Of a DNA stretch of 64,000 nt, positions 18,182-28,154 are shown piece after piece. The notes beneath the pieces are model-generated. The model was not told the DNA's origin, did not search any database, and saw nothing but the letters and a program-made list of their open reading frames with translations. This stretch comes from a bacterium. Lineage in GTDB: Bacteria > Hinthialibacterota > Hinthialibacteria > Hinthialibacterales > Hinthialibacteraceae. A program made the translations under genes and the position numbers. Position 1 is the stretch's first letter; every line of letters starts with the position of its first letter. Location: the NCBI GenBank assembly GCA_963662285.2, contig CAXXMV010000001.1, forward strand, positions 288,001-352,000. The letters are read 5' to 3'.

Positions 18182-20644
18182 ATGGTCAGGCGCGTCTCTA
18201 TTCAAACAATGCTACTGTTTTGTATCTTCATTGCGTGGTCACTTGTACTAGTTGATCCTTGTATAGCGCAGGAATCGGCTAATCTGGGCATATTCGACGC
18301 CACTGCTGATTGGGGTTCGTTTCCCGGTTATGGTCAGAAATCAGAACACTATAACATTCCCAGCCGGGTAGAGATAAGCGAGGATGATGAAAACCCGGTC
18401 TACGATGTATACGGGAATGGTTATGCCTTAAAAAACGATATAAAAGAGTTTTTGGTATACAAAGAAAAATCCGGTTCTTATAGCATGCAGGGAAGCGTTC
18501 AAATCATCAATAATGATGGATTGAATATTTCCTCTGATGCTGGATTTATGTTTTTTGAAACAAAGGAAGATAAAAAAGAGTGTTTTTATGGAATGGCTAT
18601 CTGTTCATATAAAGATATTCAGAGAACGTATATTGTATCTTTCTGGAAAACCAAAAATGACGTATTCAAGATGAAATACATCTACCAATTTTCCGAACCA
18701 TTCAAAAAAATATATTTACGCATATCCCGGTATGATGATTTCGATAGATGTCATTCGGAGTGGTCTCTCGACGGGATATCATGGAGGCATGTTCATAGTA
18801 AATCAATAAAAATGAGTGACACACTAAATTACAGTATGATAGTAGGAACTAGTACAGATGATAACGTGCTGACTCATGCCCGGTTTACAGATGTTGCCTT
18901 CAACCAAAGCAGCCAGTTCATAAGAAGATATATTGCGCCAAAAGGATCATCATCAGAATGTACGGTGTTTTTGGATGTTATGAATCCAAACGACGAGATT
19001 CAAGAAAGTTTGGTTATTGAGCGACCGCCGGAATATTGTTCCATCGAAAACATCAGCCATAATGGCAGCATTAAGGATGGGACTATCTCCTGGAACATAC
19101 CATTCCCCAAAGGAATCACCACTCTCCGCTACACGGCTCAACCAATCTCCAGCAAGGTCATCCACAACAGAACATTTTCTGGATATATCAATTCAAAACC
19201 TACTATAGGAGATAGAAGCCTGGTTCAATACACAATATTCATGGACACTATTTATTGGATGTTATTTATGGGGGTGCCAGTTGTTCTCTTAATTATCCAC
19301 TTTTTCATCTATCTATTTTATCCAAAATCAACTGAGTATCTTTATTTTTCATTATTTCTTTTAGTTGTTTCTATTGGGCATTATGCAACTTTCTTGCCTT
19401 CATCAGTTAATTTAGGATTTAATAATTCAATCGGGACTCTACAGTGGTCATTCATTGTCCTATTTTTCCACAAAATTGTTTTCAATAGATTAACTTTATA
19501 TTCCTGGATTATCGCAATCCTGGTATTGATTGCTATCCAATTTTACCCTTTATCATCAGATTATCATATCTGGCCACACTTATTTTGGATTGAAGTTCTA
19601 AGAATCATTTTTTTCGCATATCGGAAAAATATTGAGGGTAAAGTGTTTTTCACAATAGGACTATTTGTATGGTTTTGGATAAGTTTCGGAATGTATTTAT
19701 TCAGTTTTGCATCGTTTTATGTACCAAATATTGGAGGATTCGCCAACTTATCTTTCCTCATTTTCATGACGTTATATCTGACATACCGCTTTGCTAAAAC
19801 CCAAAAAAGATACGCAACTTTGAATGTTGAATTAGAAGACAGGGTTGATCGACGCACTAAAGAACTCGAACACGCCAATGAAGAATTAGATACCACCAAT
19901 CAATATCTGAATAATGCCAACTCAGAACTACAAGAAGCCAACGCCCAGTTAATCCAACTAGATCAAATGAAAACCCAATTCGTCTCCCAAGCCTCGCATG
20001 ATCTTCGTACTCCCCTTACCGCTATAAAAGGCAGCCTCGATAACCTGCTGATGGGAATCGCAGGCGCCCTAAACGAAAAACAGCAGAAGGTAATGACTCG
20101 CGCTACTACATCAGTCGACCGCCTTACCAACCTGATAAACGACGTGCTCGACCTTAACCGGATCGAAACAGGCCGCATTGTTCTAGAGAAAAGCGATATC
20201 CCATTTAAGACGCTTGTTGATAACATTGTTAACGAAAACCGCCCCGCTGCTGATCAAAAGCAGATTACGCTTAACGCAAATCTTGGGGATGAGATTACCC
20301 TTCATATTGATGGAAGCAAGATTGAGCGGGTGGTGGGGGAACTGATCAGTAATGCTATCAAATATACTCCGGATAACGGAACTGTAGATGTAAGTTTGAT
20401 GACTGACGAACAAAATGTGTCTCTAACAGTGAAGGATTCAGGCATCGGGATGACGCCTGAAGAATGCGGGAAGATTTGGGAGCGGTTTTACCGTACGGCT
20501 GCTTCCCAAAAATTCGCTAAAGGCTCAGGGCTGGGGCTTTCGATTGCTAAAGAGTTGGTTGAATTACATGGGGGAACTATAGAAATTATTAGCGAACAGA
20601 GCAAAGGAACTACTTTTACATTGCGGTTACCTAGGGATCATTAA
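18182..20644 (+). CDS. Multi-TM sensor histidine kinase
   Basis: Large extracytoplasmic region, about 7 TM helices, coiled coil, H-box ASHDLRTPL, N-box NAIKYT, DSGIG, GSGLGL. Confidence 0.92.
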   Translation: MVRRVSIQTMLLFCIFIAWSLVLVDPCIAQESANLGIFDATADWGSFPGYGQKSEHYNIPSRVEISEDDENPVYDVYGNGYALKNDIKEFLVYKEKSGSYSMQGSVQIINNDGLNISSDAGFMFFETKEDKKECFYGMAICSYKDIQRTYIVSFWKTKNDVFKMKYIYQFSEPFKKIYLRISRYDDFDRCHSEWSLDGISWRHVHSKSIKMSDTLNYSMIVGTSTDDNVLTHARFTDVAFNQSSQFIRRYIAPKGSSSECTVFLDVMNPNDEIQESLVIERPPEYCSIENISHNGSIKDGTISWNIPFPKGITTLRYTAQPISSKVIHNRTFSGYINSKPTIGDRSLVQYTIFMDTIYWMLFMGVPVVLLIIHFFIYLFYPKSTEYLYFSLFLLVVSIGHYATFLPSSVNLGFNNSIGTLQWSFIVLFFHKIVFNRLTLYSWIIAILVLIAIQFYPLSSDYHIWPHLFWIEVLRIIFFAYRKNIEGKVFFTIGLFVWFWISFGMYLFSFASFYVPNIGGFANLSFLIFMTLYLTYRFAKTQKRYATLNVELEDRVDRRTKELEHANEELDTTNQYLNNANSELQEANAQLIQLDQMKTQFVSQASHDLRTPLTAIKGSLDNLLMGIAGALNEKQQKVMTRATTSVDRLTNLINDVLDLNRIETGRIVLEKSDIPFKTLVDNIVNENRPAADQKQITLNANLGDEITLHIDGSKIERVVGELISNAIKYTPDNGTVDVSLMTDEQNVSLTVKDSGIGMTPEECGKIWERFYRTAASQKFAKGSGLGLSIAKELVELHGGTIEIISEQSKGTTFTLRLPRDH

Positions 20645-20757
20645 GATTACAATTGAAGTATTGATCCAAAGTCCAATTAATCATGGACTTGGAAACACAA
20701 ATAAAAACATTATTATGCAAACCATGTGAAATAGTGATAATATCCTTAGTCTGAGGA

Positions 20758-21603
20758 ATGATTATGCGTGAATGTGATGATGCATCTAATTACAAGCCGA
20801 TTGTATGCCGGATTAACTCTATTACAGAGTTAACTCCTTATGAAAAATTATTCAGGGTGGAAATACCTGAGGATATGGAATTCACCTACCAGCCCGGACA
20901 ATTCGTTTTGCTTTCGGTTTGGGGATTTGGCGAGGCGCCCATTTCTATTTCAAGTTCTCCTACCCGACCAGGCTATCTTGATTTCGCCATCCGCAAAGCT
21001 GGCAGCCTGACCGGAGCGCTTCATCTATTACAGCCAGGAGACAAAATCGGCCTGCGGGGCCCCCTGGGGACTTGTTTTGATATCGACGAGTTACGTGATA
21101 AGGATTTACTATTAATCGCGGGGGGCTGCGGATTGGCGCCGCTACGCTCACTGATTCATTACTGCCAGGATCGGCGCAGCGAATTCAAACAAATCACTAT
21201 TCTATATGGAGCGAAAACAGCTCAGGATTTACTCTATAAACCAGAATTGGCCGACTGGGAGCAATCTGATGTTTTCGATTGCCATGTTACTATCGATAGC
21301 GCTGATCCAGATAGCAACTATACCGGAAATGTAGGTCTGTTGCCTGACCTGATCCCCCCGCTTGAAATCGAGCCGGACAATACCGCCGCTGTCTTGGTCG
21401 GTCCACCTGTCATGTATCAGTTCGTTATTGAACAATTAAAGAAAAAAGGTCTCAAAGAAAATCAAATCATTGTCTCTCTGGAGCGGCACATGAAATGCGG
21501 GATTGGAAATTGCGGCCATTGCGCCATTGATCATCTTTTATGCTGCACCGACGGTCCGGTTTTTAACCTGAGCGCCTTGTCAGAAGTGAGAGGCGCACTA
21601 TGA
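20758..21603 (+). CDS. FAD/NAD(P)-binding 2Fe-2S subunit (sulfhydrogenase gamma / AsrB-like)
   Basis: PGQF, GEAPISISS, RGPLG, AGGCGLAPLRS, GPPVM, ERHMKCGIGNCGHC...C.DGPVF. Confidence 0.9.
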   Translation: MIMRECDDASNYKPIVCRINSITELTPYEKLFRVEIPEDMEFTYQPGQFVLLSVWGFGEAPISISSSPTRPGYLDFAIRKAGSLTGALHLLQPGDKIGLRGPLGTCFDIDELRDKDLLLIAGGCGLAPLRSLIHYCQDRRSEFKQITILYGAKTAQDLLYKPELADWEQSDVFDCHVTIDSADPDSNYTGNVGLLPDLIPPLEIEPDNTAAVLVGPPVMYQFVIEQLKKKGLKENQIIVSLERHMKCGIGNCGHCAIDHLLCCTDGPVFNLSALSEVRGAL

Positions 21604-23636
21604 AGAAAACCCTAACAACCTGTGCCTACTGCGCCTGCGGTTGCATGTACTATCTGGTAACTGATGATTCTGATAGATTCATTGGCGTCGAACCATCCGC
21701 AACTCATCCAGTCGCACAGGGGCATCCCTGCGTTAAGGGGTGGAACGTCTTTAACTTCATTAATCATCCCGACCGCTTAACTACTCCAATGATTCGTAAA
21801 AACGGAGAGTTACAACCCGCCTCCTGGGATGAAGCGCTTGATCTGGTAGTGAGCAAATTACATGCGCTGCAATCGAAATATGGCAATGATTCCATCATGT
21901 TTTGTTCTTCGGCGCGGACAACCAATGAAGAGAACTACCTGGTGATGAAACTGGCCCGAGCGGCTTTTCAGACTAATAATGTCGATCATTGCGCACGGGT
22001 ATGTCATTCATCTTCAGTCGTAGGATTGGCTTCCACCTTCGGTTCCGGCGCCATGACCAACTCGATCTCCTGCATTGATAAGGCTAATACGATTTTCGTC
22101 ATCGGTTCAAACACCACCGAGGCTCATCCCCAGATCGGCGCCCGCGTCATCAAGGCGGTTAAAAACGGCGCCAAACTCATCGTGGCCGATAACCGGACTA
22201 TCCGCGTTGCTAAATCGGCTGATATTCACCTACGCCACAAAAATGGAACCGACGTGGCCCTGATTAATGCCATGATGCACGTAATCATCCGTGATGGAAT
22301 GGAAAACCGCGAGTTCATCCAGAGCAGAACCGAGAATTACGGAGAGCTAAAGACAATCGTAGCGCGTTACACGCCTGAATTCGCCGCTGAAATTACCGGC
22401 CTCAAAGCGCAGGAAATTGTCGATGCGGCTCACCTCTACGCCAAGTCGCCCATTGGCATGATTATCTATTCGGTGGGGATCACCCAGCATACCCACGGCG
22501 TCAACAATGTCCGGGCTGTGGCTAACCTGGCCATGCTCACCGGAAATATCGGTCGTCCCGGAACCGGGGTGAATCCCTTACGCGGCCAGAACAACGTCCA
22601 GGGCGCCTGCGATATGGGCGCCATGCCCAATATGTATTCCGGCTATCAGAAGGTCTCGGATGATGAGATACGCCAAAAATATGAAAACGCGTGGTCGACC
22701 ACTCTACCGACCAGCAATGGCCTCTCTCTAACCCACGCTATGAACGCCGCCGAAGAGGGAAAATTAAAAGGCTTCTATATTGTCGGCGAAGATCCCATGA
22801 TCTCCGATCCCGACCAAAACCACGTCCGTAGAGCATTGCAGAATTTAGAATTCCTGGTGGTACAGGATATCTTCCTCACCCAGACCACCCAATACGCCGA
22901 CGTAGTGCTGCCCGCCGCCTGTTTCGCCGAAAAAGAGGGAACCTTCACCTCAACCGAACGCCGCGTTCAGATGGTGCGTCAGGCGGCTCAACCCGCTGGA
23001 GAGAGCCGCGCGGACTGGAACATCCTATGCGACGTCGCATCACGGGCTGGATACCAACACATGAACTACGAGACGCCGCAAGAGATTATGGAAGAAATCA
23101 GCAGCGTCACGCCCATCTACGGCGGTATATCTTATCCACGAATCGCGCAACTTGGTCTGCAATGGCCCTGTCCCGACAAGGATCACCCCGGAACGCCTAT
23201 CCTTCATGCGGAGCAGTTCACCAGAGGCAAGGGATGTTTTCTTCCTGCGGAATATTTCCCTCCTGCAGAAGTTCCCGATGAAGAATATCCCTTTATTCTT
23301 AGCACCGGGCGTTCCTATTATCACTACCATACCCGGTCAATGACCGGACGATCCCGTCTGCTGGATCGGGAACAGCCATCACCTTATGTGGAAATTAATA
23401 CCGAAGACGCCAATCGGCTTGGTATCAAGCATAATGAAATAATCACCGTTGCCAGCCGCCGGGGAGAAGTTAAAGTCGCAGCCCTCGTAACAGAAGATAT
23501 TATTCCTGGAGTACTGTTTATGACGTTCCATTTTGAAGAAAGCCCGGCAAATTTATTGACCAACAACGTACTCGATCCCGAATCGCAAATCCCCGAATAC
23601 AAAGCGTGCGCCGCTCAGATACGGAGGATATCATGA
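21600..23636 (+). CDS. fdhF: Formate dehydrogenase catalytic subunit (FdhF-type, Cys ligand)
   Basis: CAYCACGC...C 4Fe-4S motif, DHCARVCH (Cys at the Sec position), LRGQNNVQG, PEYKACA. No Tat signal. Confidence 0.9.
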   Translation: MKKTLTTCAYCACGCMYYLVTDDSDRFIGVEPSATHPVAQGHPCVKGWNVFNFINHPDRLTTPMIRKNGELQPASWDEALDLVVSKLHALQSKYGNDSIMFCSSARTTNEENYLVMKLARAAFQTNNVDHCARVCHSSSVVGLASTFGSGAMTNSISCIDKANTIFVIGSNTTEAHPQIGARVIKAVKNGAKLIVADNRTIRVAKSADIHLRHKNGTDVALINAMMHVIIRDGMENREFIQSRTENYGELKTIVARYTPEFAAEITGLKAQEIVDAAHLYAKSPIGMIIYSVGITQHTHGVNNVRAVANLAMLTGNIGRPGTGVNPLRGQNNVQGACDMGAMPNMYSGYQKVSDDEIRQKYENAWSTTLPTSNGLSLTHAMNAAEEGKLKGFYIVGEDPMISDPDQNHVRRALQNLEFLVVQDIFLTQTTQYADVVLPAACFAEKEGTFTSTERRVQMVRQAAQPAGESRADWNILCDVASRAGYQHMNYETPQEIMEEISSVTPIYGGISYPRIAQLGLQWPCPDKDHPGTPILHAEQFTRGKGCFLPAEYFPPAEVPDEEYPFILSTGRSYYHYHTRSMTGRSRLLDREQPSPYVEINTEDANRLGIKHNEIITVASRRGEVKVAALVTEDIIPGVLFMTFHFEESPANLLTNNVLDPESQIPEYKACAAQIRRIS

Positions 23637-24613
23637 AAGTGATTACGCAAAATCAACTACACGATTTTCTACGCTCACTTACAACCAAGTACGATGTATT
23701 CGGTCCGGTAGTGCTGCATGATGGCATGTTGTCACTCGGTCAACTTGAGACTAAACCATTCAAATTATTGAGCGGTAAAATCCCCCTCCGCATCTCATCA
23801 ATCTTTTTTCCGCACGCTTCCACAGTGTTAACTATCAGCGCTGATCGAGTCGATGTTCCCCAAGCAGCCTCCAAACCAATATTGGTAATTGGACTGACAG
23901 CAGGAGATTTAGAGGCTTTGGAGTTCACCGATAATTTCTTTCTAACCGGCTGCCGGGATGATTTGTATCATCAAAACCGCTCAACATCCATCGTAATCGG
24001 CGTCTCAGGGCGCAGCAGCGCCAACGGCGACTTCCACAAAATATCCGGGGGCAAATGCGATATAGAATTGATTAACGATGGAGAGCGTTTCCTTGTCTCG
24101 ACATACTCTGAAAAAGGGAAAACGCTGGTGGATAGAATCAGCGCGGAAGATGAAGATATTTCACTCGAAGCGCTCCAACAGGAATCCAACTCTCTCCCCG
24201 AACCGGATAGGGATATAATTCAAAAAGCCTCTGAATTATTGCTTCAGGATAAAGTCAGCGATGAATTCTGGGTCAACGTCGCCAATCAATGCATTGAGTG
24301 CACTACCTGCAATAATGTATGCCCCACCTGCACTTGCTTTGATATGTACGACGTCAGCAACAAGGATAATGTCATACGCTACCGCCAGTGGGATTCATGT
24401 CAGTTGAGCGGTTTCATGCGTGAAGCCAGCGGCCATAACCCAATGAGAGAGCAAGCCAGCAGGGCGCGGCGCAGGATTCATCATAAACTGGCGGCTGATG
24501 TTCAACGTTGGGGAAAGATTTCCTGTTTTCTGTGCGGACGTTGCGACGATGTATGCCCTACAGGTCTGGGGATGAAAGCAGTGGCGCGGGATATTGTCGA
24601 ACAGTTCGGGTAA
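23633..24613 (+). CDS. 4Fe-4S dicluster subunit (sulfhydrogenase beta / AsrA-like)
   Basis: CIECTTCNNVCPTCTCF, RQWDSC, CFLCGRCDDVCP. ATGA overlap with the fdhF stop. Confidence 0.85.
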   Translation: MKVITQNQLHDFLRSLTTKYDVFGPVVLHDGMLSLGQLETKPFKLLSGKIPLRISSIFFPHASTVLTISADRVDVPQAASKPILVIGLTAGDLEALEFTDNFFLTGCRDDLYHQNRSTSIVIGVSGRSSANGDFHKISGGKCDIELINDGERFLVSTYSEKGKTLVDRISAEDEDISLEALQQESNSLPEPDRDIIQKASELLLQDKVSDEFWVNVANQCIECTTCNNVCPTCTCFDMYDVSNKDNVIRYRQWDSCQLSGFMREASGHNPMREQASRARRRIHHKLAADVQRWGKISCFLCGRCDDVCPTGLGMKAVARDIVEQFG

Positions 24614-24625
24614 TGCCAGTCTAAT

Positions 24626-25573
24626 CTAATGCGCGTCCAATCCACGCATCATATAGATGGTATGCTCCAGCGTTTTAAGAATTTCCGTCATATACTCTTC
24701 AACCGCTTTGACGCCGCCCGGCAGAGTATAGATTAACGACTTGCCCATAATCGCCGCCACGGACCGGCTTAACAACGCATTGGGGATGCTTACTCCATAC
24801 TTGGTTCTGATAAACTCCATAATGCCGGGAATAGTCTTATCAGCCAGGCGATTAACGACATCAGGCGTTATATCTCTCGGACTAACCCCCGTACCTCCGG
24901 TAGTGAAGATAACATCAATTCCCTGCTCTTTTAGTACCAGTAATTTCTCTTTCAATTGACTGGCGTCATCTGGAAGAATGCAACTATCATAACTGACATC
25001 CCAGGATGCGTCATCAAAAAAAATATCTAAAAGTTCACGAATCCTGGGGCCGCTTTGGTCTTGATACTCATTGGCGCTGGCCCGGTCGCTGAGCGTAATA
25101 ACGGCAATCCGCATAGGTCGCATTTTCCAAATAATTGGATCGCCTTTTTTAATTACTCCACCTCGAAGAACCTGACCAAAGACGCCTTGCTTGGGCATGA
25201 TGCATTGCCCGACTTTATTAAAAATAGCGCACCCGTCGCCGTGACAGGTTTTACCGATTTGAGTAATTTCTAACTCTACATCATTGATAATTAATTTATC
25301 TAATACAGAAACTTGCTGCAAATCTAAACCGAGCGTAGAAATATTTTCAGCAAAACTCCCGGCGTTAATTTGGCAGCCAGACTCAGTTCGGAAACGGTCA
25401 ATCATCTCCTGCGATAAAAGGCTTATCTGCCGATGCCATTTACCGGAATGCGCATCACCCTGAATGCCTTCTTTATCCACCACCACTTGCTCTACCGGGT
25501 GTTTGGTTTCACCCTTCTTTTCAGATACATTGACAGAAACCACTTGACCGGATTGGGTATGCATTTTTTCCAT
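24626..25573 (-). CDS. MOSC domain fused to MogA/MoaB molybdopterin adenylyltransferase
   Basis: GDAH..WHRQISLL, FAEN, TQIGKTCH...C..MP (MOSC); TLSDRAS, DQSGP, TTGGTGVSPRDITPD, LPG (MogA). Confidence 0.9.
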   Translation of the reverse strand: MEKMHTQSGQVVSVNVSEKKGETKHPVEQVVVDKEGIQGDAHSGKWHRQISLLSQEMIDRFRTESGCQINAGSFAENISTLGLDLQQVSVLDKLIINDVELEITQIGKTCHGDGCAIFNKVGQCIMPKQGVFGQVLRGGVIKKGDPIIWKMRPMRIAVITLSDRASANEYQDQSGPRIRELLDIFFDDASWDVSYDSCILPDDASQLKEKLLVLKEQGIDVIFTTGGTGVSPRDITPDVVNRLADKTIPGIMEFIRTKYGVSIPNALLSRSVAAIMGKSLIYTLPGGVKAVEEYMTEILKTLEHTIYMMRGLDAH

Positions 25574-25589
25574 TTCTATATTTATTAAC

Positions 25590-26054
25590 CTACTCAATAT
25601 CCTGTTTAATTTTCTCAATCAAAGTTATATCACCGATCATCATTGTTTTATCAACCGCCTTGCACATATCATAAATAGTCAACAAAGCAACGCTGACAGA
25701 GGTTAAGGCTTCCATCTCAACACCGGTTGGTCCAACGCACCGGATTTCACTATCAACTACAACGCCGTCATCCACTAATTCTGAATTGATTTTGACATTG
25801 GACAGAGTAAGCGAGTGACATAATGGAATTAATTCAGAGGTTTTCTTGGCGGCTTGAATTCCGGCAATCTGGGCGACAGTTAGAACATCGCCTTTTTTCA
25901 TTTTATTCTCACGAACCAACGCAACCGTCGATGCAGACAAAAGAATTTTGCCTCTTGCTTTGGCAATCCTTAATTGGGGATTCTTGCGGCTTACATCCAC
26001 CATCACGGCCTTGCCAGTTTCATCCAAATGAGAAAACTTATTGGCGTCATTCAT
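25590..26054 (-). CDS. moaC: Cyclic pyranopterin monophosphate synthase
   Basis: MVDVSRK, KKGDVL, LIPLCH, TGVEMEAL, TIYDMCKAVD. Confidence 0.97.
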   Translation of the reverse strand: MNDANKFSHLDETGKAVMVDVSRKNPQLRIAKARGKILLSASTVALVRENKMKKGDVLTVAQIAGIQAAKKTSELIPLCHSLTLSNVKINSELVDDGVVVDSEIRCVGPTGVEMEALTSVSVALLTIYDMCKAVDKTMMIGDITLIEKIKQDIE

Positions 26055-26055
26055 A

Positions 26056-27558
26056 TTAAACCTGATTCACGACGGCGGTTATCGCCAAATCCATAATCTT
26101 CTCCTGCGTGGCTTCCGTATGACTAAGTTCTCCTAGAATGCGACCGCTATTCATAACCAGAATCCGGTCAGCCATGCCCAACACTTCGGGCAATTCCGAT
26201 GATATCATAATAATAGCGGCGCCATTACGCAGCAGTTCGTTCATCAGCAGATAGATTTCACGTTTGGCGCCGACATCTATGCCCCGCGTCGGTTCATCAA
26301 AAATATATAGTTTAGAATTGGCCACTAGCCATTTAGCCAGAACGACTTTTTGCTGGTTGCCGCCGGAAAGATTTTTTGCCAAGACTTCAATCGAAGGCGC
26401 TTTAATATTTAATTCCTTTAACTTTGCTTCAGCCACCGATTTTTCTTCATCAGAATTGATGAAGAAAAATCGGCAAACATCCCTTAATGTCGGTAAAGTA
26501 ATATTTTCACGAATCTTCATACCAAGAACAAGACCCTGCTCTTTGCGATCCTCAGTCAACAGACAAATACCCAAATCAATAGCCTGTCGCGGGGAGGATA
26601 GTACTACAGTTTGTCCCAGAAAAGATATCTCGCCACTATCCGGTTGATCAACGCCGAACAGCATCCGGGCAGTCTCAGTACGACCGGCGCCAACCAAACC
26701 AGTCAAGGCAACAATCTCACCTTCGTGAACTGAAAAGGAAACATCATTGACTTGTTTATTGCATAATCCCTTAACGCGGAGCGTCTCGCCTCCAGGCGTG
26801 AAATATTCCTTGGGATACTCTTCGGTGATGCTGCGGCCGACCATCAATTCAATAATGCCGTCCCGGTCAATCTCATCAATGGATTTAGTGCTAATCCATT
26901 CACCGTCGCGCATAATAGTTAAACGGTCGCATACCTCGAATATTTCTTCCAGGCGGTGCGATATATAAATAACGCTGACGCCTCTTTTTTTCAAGTTGCG
27001 AATCGTCTCAAACAGTTTGTTCAATTCATAGGATGTCAGCGTGGCCGAAGGTTCATCCATTACAATAATCTTGGAATCAACCGATAGCGCTTTGGCGATT
27101 TCTACCATCTGTTGATTGGCTATGGATAACCGGCTGACGGGAATAGTGATATCGAAATCAAATCCCAGGCTCTGCAAAAGTTGTTCAGATTCATTTCTGC
27201 CTTTACTGCAATTAATAAAACCATAGGCGCCCGGTTCCCGCCCCAGATAAATGTTTTCGATTGCGCTGAATTGAGGAACCAGATTAAACTCCTGGTATAT
27301 TATCGAAATACCCAATTCCTGAGCTTGATGAGGATTATTAATTGAAACAGGCTGCCCCTCTAATAAAATCGCACCCTGATCCATACTTTCAGCGCCAGCC
27401 AGAATTTTCATCAAAGTAGATTTCCCTGCCCCGTTTTCTCCTACTAAAGCGTGTACTTCATCTTGATAGATTTCAAGATTGATGCCTTTTAACGCATGCA
27501 CGCCGGGATATCTTTTATGAACATCCTGCATTTGTAGAATAGGGTATTGGCTTACCAT
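26056..27558 (-). CDS. Sugar ABC transporter ATP-binding protein (RbsA/MglA type, two NBDs)
   Basis: GENGAGKST, MDEPS, ISHRL, LSGGNQQK, DEPTRGIDVGAK. Confidence 0.95.
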   Translation of the reverse strand: MVSQYPILQMQDVHKRYPGVHALKGINLEIYQDEVHALVGENGAGKSTLMKILAGAESMDQGAILLEGQPVSINNPHQAQELGISIIYQEFNLVPQFSAIENIYLGREPGAYGFINCSKGRNESEQLLQSLGFDFDITIPVSRLSIANQQMVEIAKALSVDSKIIVMDEPSATLTSYELNKLFETIRNLKKRGVSVIYISHRLEEIFEVCDRLTIMRDGEWISTKSIDEIDRDGIIELMVGRSITEEYPKEYFTPGGETLRVKGLCNKQVNDVSFSVHEGEIVALTGLVGAGRTETARMLFGVDQPDSGEISFLGQTVVLSSPRQAIDLGICLLTEDRKEQGLVLGMKIRENITLPTLRDVCRFFFINSDEEKSVAEAKLKELNIKAPSIEVLAKNLSGGNQQKVVLAKWLVANSKLYIFDEPTRGIDVGAKREIYLLMNELLRNGAAIIMISSELPEVLGMADRILVMNSGRILGELSHTEATQEKIMDLAITAVVNQV

Positions 27559-27729
27559 GAAAGAAAATCTCCTGACTTAAATATCGAGATAAATGAGTCC
27601 TGCAAGAATCTTACAATTATCAATGCAATTAATCTATGTGGATTCATTTATATTGTGGTTAACAAGAGTTTATGCTTTTTGCGGGGGATTTTGATATGAC
27701 TGTTTTTTTTGAAGAAAGGATTTTAAAAT

Positions 27730-27975
27730 CCGGAAGGAACTATTGGTTTGGACAATAGTTCCTTCCTCACCCATCGGGTGGCGCTAATTTGTTAAGCATC
27801 ACGCCTCCCATTCTAGATTTACCTGTTTACGTACGCAACAGGCCTTAAAGCATGGTGAGGTTTCACAACTCTCAACCAGTACTCTTTCTCGGGCGATGAA
27901 CGTCGCCCTCTCGTATTTAGGCGGGAGAAAGTCAGTTGCAGAAGTTCAACTATTTTTCTTTCTCTCTCATCCTCT
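27730..27975 (-). ncRNA. Candidate structured RNA / leader of unknown family
   Basis: Several hairpins (one with a GUGA tetraloop on the minus strand), a long-range CUCCC/GGGAG pairing, a 14-bp perfect stem at 27732-27766, and TTGACA at 28011-28006. Strand not certain. Confidence 0.45.
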
Positions 27976-28154
27976 ATATATAGTAATAACACTATGAGAT
28001 TTCAATGTCAACGGGTTTTTTTGGGGATTAACGGTATTTCCCTGTTATGGAAGAATAATCCATAAGCAAATCTTTAACCCACCTTTTTAATCAAGACATT
28101 TTCAAAGTGCACGCTATAATTGAAATTACTTTTTTATATGCAAGGAAATCAACC

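Noticed and set aside
21990-22010. Selenocysteine recoding in fdhF
   Set aside because: The ligand codon is TGT (Cys) and the ORF is uninterrupted.
27728-27745. SRP RNA-like TCCGGAAGGAA (also near 8588)
   Set aside because: The flanking CAGG and GCAGC of SRP helix 8 are missing.
27800-27935. Moco or FMN riboswitch identity for the structured region
   Set aside because: Only short partial resemblances, and the Moco-like part is on the strand opposite the moa genes. Left unclassified.
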